DNA of 64,000 bases, taken from assembly GCA_965224485.1 (NCBI GenBank), contig CBDCZH010000013.1, positions 99,290 through 163,289 of the forward strand, in the 5' to 3' direction. Each line of letters starts with the position of its first letter. Within the stretch, counting starts at the first letter, position 1. Below are positions 60,858 to 64,000 of this stretch, one piece after another. This stretch comes from Arcobacteraceae bacterium (GTDB lineage: Bacteria; Campylobacterota; Campylobacteria; Campylobacterales; Arcobacteraceae). Below the pieces are notes generated by a model that made no database searches, was not told where the DNA came from, and saw only the letters and a list, made by a program, of their open reading frames with translations. A program made the position numbers and the translations under genes.

Positions 60858-61271
60858 ATGTTAGATAAAACTGAAGTACAAAAACAAGAAGAAGATATAA
60901 GAGTTAAAGTTCAAAAATTATCTTCTGATAATAAAAAAGAATTTTATACTAAAGCTGAAAAAGAGATAAAAGACCCTGATACTTATGCTGTTTTAAATTG
61001 GTTGTTTTTAACAGGTTTGCATCATTTTTACTTAAAAAAATGGCTAAGAGGTGGTATTAATATTCTTCTTTTTACTCTTGGAATAATATTACTATTTACT
61101 GAAAATATATATTTTGGTATTGGTATTGGAATAATTGCAGCTGTATTTATAATTGAATTAAATGAGTTATTTCAATCTCAAATTATAGTTCAAGACTATA
61201 ATAATAAGATTAGTAAAAAATTGATAAATGAGATATTGCATGAAAATGTAGATAAATCAGATAATGAATAA
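60858..61271 (+). CDS. TM2/NINE domain membrane protein
   Basis: KDPDTYAVLNWLFLTGLHHFYL. Confidence 0.8.
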   Translation: MLDKTEVQKQEEDIRVKVQKLSSDNKKEFYTKAEKEIKDPDTYAVLNWLFLTGLHHFYLKKWLRGGINILLFTLGIILLFTENIYFGIGIGIIAAVFIIELNELFQSQIIVQDYNNKISKKLINEILHENVDKSDNE

Positions 61272-61614
61272 TAAAAATATACCATTTCAAACAATTGCTT
61301 GGGATAAGATAGAAAAAGTTAGATATGAAGGAATAAGTGGTTTTTCAACTTGGCAAACCATGCAATTTGATGGCTTACGAGTTAGAATTGTAAATTACTC
61401 AAAAGATTATATAGCTGATCATTGGTGTGAAAAAGGACATATTGTTTACTGTTTAGAAGGCGAAGTAATTAATGAGCTAAAAGATGGAACACAAAGTATT
61501 TTAACTAAAGGAATGTCTTATATAGTTTCAGACGATTTAAGTTCTCACCGTTCAATTAGTAAAACTGGAGTTAAACTTTTAATTATAGATGGTGATTTTT
61601 TAAAACTAAAATAA
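61264..61614 (+). CDS. DHCW-motif cupin fold protein
   Basis: ADHWCEKGHIVYCLEGE, GMSYIVSD...HRS. Confidence 0.85.
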   Translation: MNNKNIPFQTIAWDKIEKVRYEGISGFSTWQTMQFDGLRVRIVNYSKDYIADHWCEKGHIVYCLEGEVINELKDGTQSILTKGMSYIVSDDLSSHRSISKTGVKLLIIDGDFLKLK

Positions 61615-61631
61615 ATTTGCTATACTCATGA

Positions 61632-62162
61632 ATGAAAATTATTCTTGTAAGTGATATTTTTGGTATAAATAAATCTCTTTATCAAATAAGAGACTTTTTT
61701 TGCAAAAATAAATTTGAGGTTTTTATTATTGATCCTTATAAGCTAGAAGTTAAATCTTTTCTTGATAAAGAGGAGGCTTATGAAACTTTTATTAATGTAT
61801 GTGGACATGAAAAATATTATGAAATTTTAATGGCTAAGGAAAAAGATATAAAAGCAGACTATATAGTTTCCTTTTCAGCAGGTGCCTCAGCCTCTTGGCT
61901 TTTAGGCTCTAAAAAACTAGAATCTTGTAAAAAGATATTATGCTTTTATCCTAGTCAAATAAGAAATAACTTAAATATTATTCCTTTAACTCCTGTAAAA
62001 GTCTTTTTTGCAAAAAGTGAAAATACTTATTTAGTAGAAGAAGTTTATAATTTTATACGTAAAAAACAAAAAGTAGAAGCTGAAATATTACCATATGAAC
62101 ATGGTTTTATGAGTAAAGAAAATATAGCTTTGAATATATTGAAAAAAGAATTTAATTTATAA
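61632..62162 (+). CDS. Dienelactone hydrolase family protein
   Basis: VSDIFG, SFSAGA, FYPSQIR, EHGFM. Confidence 0.8.
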   Translation: MKIILVSDIFGINKSLYQIRDFFCKNKFEVFIIDPYKLEVKSFLDKEEAYETFINVCGHEKYYEILMAKEKDIKADYIVSFSAGASASWLLGSKKLESCKKILCFYPSQIRNNLNIIPLTPVKVFFAKSENTYLVEEVYNFIRKKQKVEAEILPYEHGFMSKENIALNILKKEFNL

Positions 62163-62195
62163 AATTACATTAATTTAGATAAAAATAGTTTCATT

Positions 62196-62429
62196 TTACT
62201 TTTCACATGTTTTCTCACAAGAGTTAATATCATCAAAAGGTACTAGCCCACCACAGCCACCCCAGTAAAAAACTTTACATATTTTTTCATTTTTATCAAA
62301 ATAATACTTTTCAAAATATCCCTTACAAAATCCTATTTCTGGTTTTTCATAACATTTAGGACTTATTTCTTTAGTGTTTGAGCAAGAACTAAAGAAAATA
62401 ACAAGAAATAGTAAGATTATTTTAGGCAT
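62196..62429 (-). CDS. BPTI/Kunitz-domain lipoprotein
   Basis: Lipobox FFSSC; six Cys in Kunitz spacing, including GFCKG and FYWGGCGG. Confidence 0.85.
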   Translation of the reverse strand: MPKIILLFLVIFFSSCSNTKEISPKCYEKPEIGFCKGYFEKYYFDKNEKICKVFYWGGCGGLVPFDDINSCEKTCEK

Positions 62430-62526
62430 TTCTTTCCTTTTATATATAATAACATAGATTATTACTTTCTTTTACTTGATTTTTTTTATAATTAGTTTAT
62501 AATAGCTTATATAAAAAAGGAAAGAT

Positions 62527-62868
62527 ATGGAAATTACAAGATATGAAGTAAAACAAAGAATGAGTAGGGCCGTTGTTCACAATAATACAGCATATTTATG
62601 TGGACAAACATCAGATGGAAAAGATATAGTAGAGCAAACAACTTTGATGTTAGATAAAGTTGATGTTTTATTAGAAGACATAGGAAGTCATAAAAGTAAG
62701 ATATTATCAGCAACAATTTATTTAAGTGATATGAAAAACTTTAAAGCTATGAATGAAGTTTGGGATTCATGGTTAGTAGAAGGTCTTGCACCTGCAAGAG
62801 CTTGTGTTGAGGCTAAAATGTGTAGAGATGCTCTGTTAGTTGAAATTTCAGTAATAGCAGCCATTTAA
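62527..62868 (+). CDS. RidA/YjgF family protein
   Basis: [39 protein letters not shown]. Confidence 0.92.
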   Translation: MEITRYEVKQRMSRAVVHNNTAYLCGQTSDGKDIVEQTTLMLDKVDVLLEDIGSHKSKILSATIYLSDMKNFKAMNEVWDSWLVEGLAPARACVEAKMCRDALLVEISVIAAI

Positions 62869-62879
62869 ATATTTAAAAT

Positions 62880-62904
62880 AAAAAGCCTAAATAATAGGCT
62901 TTTT
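62880..62904. terminator. Bidirectional terminator
   Basis: AAAAAGCCTA-AATAA-TAGGCTTTTT. Confidence 0.7.
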
Positions 62905-63759
62905 ACTTGTTTTTTAATATATAAATTGAATTTAATAAAAGAGTTATTAAAATAACGCTTCCTCCTAAAAAGGTTGAATTTGCTGGGACTTCTTTTAAGA
63001 ATATCCAAACCCAAATAGGTGCCATTATTGTTTCAATTATCATAAGCAGTGATACTTCACTAGCTATTAGTGTTTTAGTTCCTATTCCCATTAATACACG
63101 AGCAAGAGGGGAAATAAATAAACCAGCTAGTAAAAGAATTAAAAGTGCATTTTGGCTAACATAAAAATCACTTGCAAAAAAATATGAAAGTATAAGGGTT
63201 GCAAATCCAGCAACTGAAGTTACTACAAATCTATTGGCTTCTTTATATTGGGCTAAAACTACAAAAGCTAAAGCAAATAAATTAACACAGGCTAAGGCAT
63301 AAATATTACCTAAAAAAACTTCCTTTTTCTACATCTTGTGAGAATATTATAAATAAACCAATAAAAATAAATATTGAAGCTATAAAAATATTCTTTTTAC
63401 TTTTTTTGCTTATAAAACACATAAGAATAAAGAGCTGAAAATATAGGAGCACTTGCAAATATCATAACAGTATTAGCAACAGATGTTGTTTTTATAGCAG
63501 ATATGAAAAACATATTAGAAGTACCAAATAAAATACCACAGCAAATAAGTGCAAAATAAGATCTTTTATATTCTTTAATTATGTTTTTTTTGTATTTTAT
63601 TATAAGAGTTGAGTTTATACTTAGAATCATAAATAAACCAATATAAAAAGAAAAAGTCATAGCTGAAATTGATGTTAGTTTTATAAATAAAGACTCTAAA
63701 CTCATTAGAAATACACCAAAGGCAGTTATTAAAATAGCTTGTAAGTGAGTATGTTTCAT
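62903..63759 (-). pseudogene. DMT/EamA family transporter, split at two homopolymer runs (63401-07, 63312-18)
   Basis: N-part (TSVANTVMIFASAPIF) and C-part (ASEVSLLMIIETIMAPIWVW..LKE.P) join into ~284 aa if one base is removed from each run. Confidence 0.78.
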
Positions 63760-64000
63760 GCTTTTGCTCCTAAATAAGGAAGAAGTTTTTCAATACATAA
63801 ACCCATAGCACAAGACTGATAACCACTTACTTTTTTAATATAAGGTTTGCAAAAACCTTCAACCATGATTGCCCCAGCTTTTCCAAAACATTCACCCGAT
63901 TTAATATATGCTTTGATATCTTCTTCTTTAAATTCCATGAACTCATATGTAGTAATTGAAATATCAATAAGTTCTATTTTTTTACTTTTATATTTCATAC
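63756..64000 (-). CDS. maf: Maf family nucleotide pyrophosphatase (C-terminal part; 5' end outside the window)
   Basis: YIKSGECFGKAGAIMVEG...GYQSCAMGL. Confidence 0.85.
   Translation of the reverse strand, partial: MKYKSKKIELIDISITTYEFMEFKEEDIKAYIKSGECFGKAGAIMVEGFCKPYIKKVSGYQSCAMGLCIEKLLPYLGAKA

Overview
AT-rich chromosomal window from a Campylobacterota bacterium, most likely Arcobacteraceae. This is inferred from protein style and from conserved gene orders (ctpA-purC-purS-purQ-plsC-crcB, rsfS-nadD/gap-pgk-tpiA-fabI, lysA-HAD-pheA-hisC). Most of the window is housekeeping. There are four accessory zones. (1) 1-4440 is the end of an aryl-polyene/flexirubin-like type II fatty-acid/PKS cluster. 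(2) A ~9.1 kb island sits in tRNA-Leu(TAG), inside a cluster of 8 tRNAs, bounded by an 18-bp direct repeat. It carries an IS30-interrupted integrase, a C-protein-controlled type II R-M system, a plasmid-type Rep and a second tyrosine-recombinase-like gene. (3) A candidate ~205-nt structured sRNA with two identical loops lies between an orphan flagellin gene and truD. (4) A hotspot after dxs (51450-58162) holds ERIC-like repeats, a RelE-type TA pair, and a 731-bp non-coding element with 64-bp perfect terminal inverted repeats and covarying internal stems. It also holds an integrase-less integron remnant. The 3.3-kb first cassette of that remnant encodes an Mrr-nuclease/SF2-helicase fused to six variable tandem repeats, with no methyltransferase; this is the best candidate for an undescribed defence system. 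Four genes are split by single-base indels in A/T homopolymers, which may be sequencing errors. All family assignments come from motif recognition by eye, not database searches.
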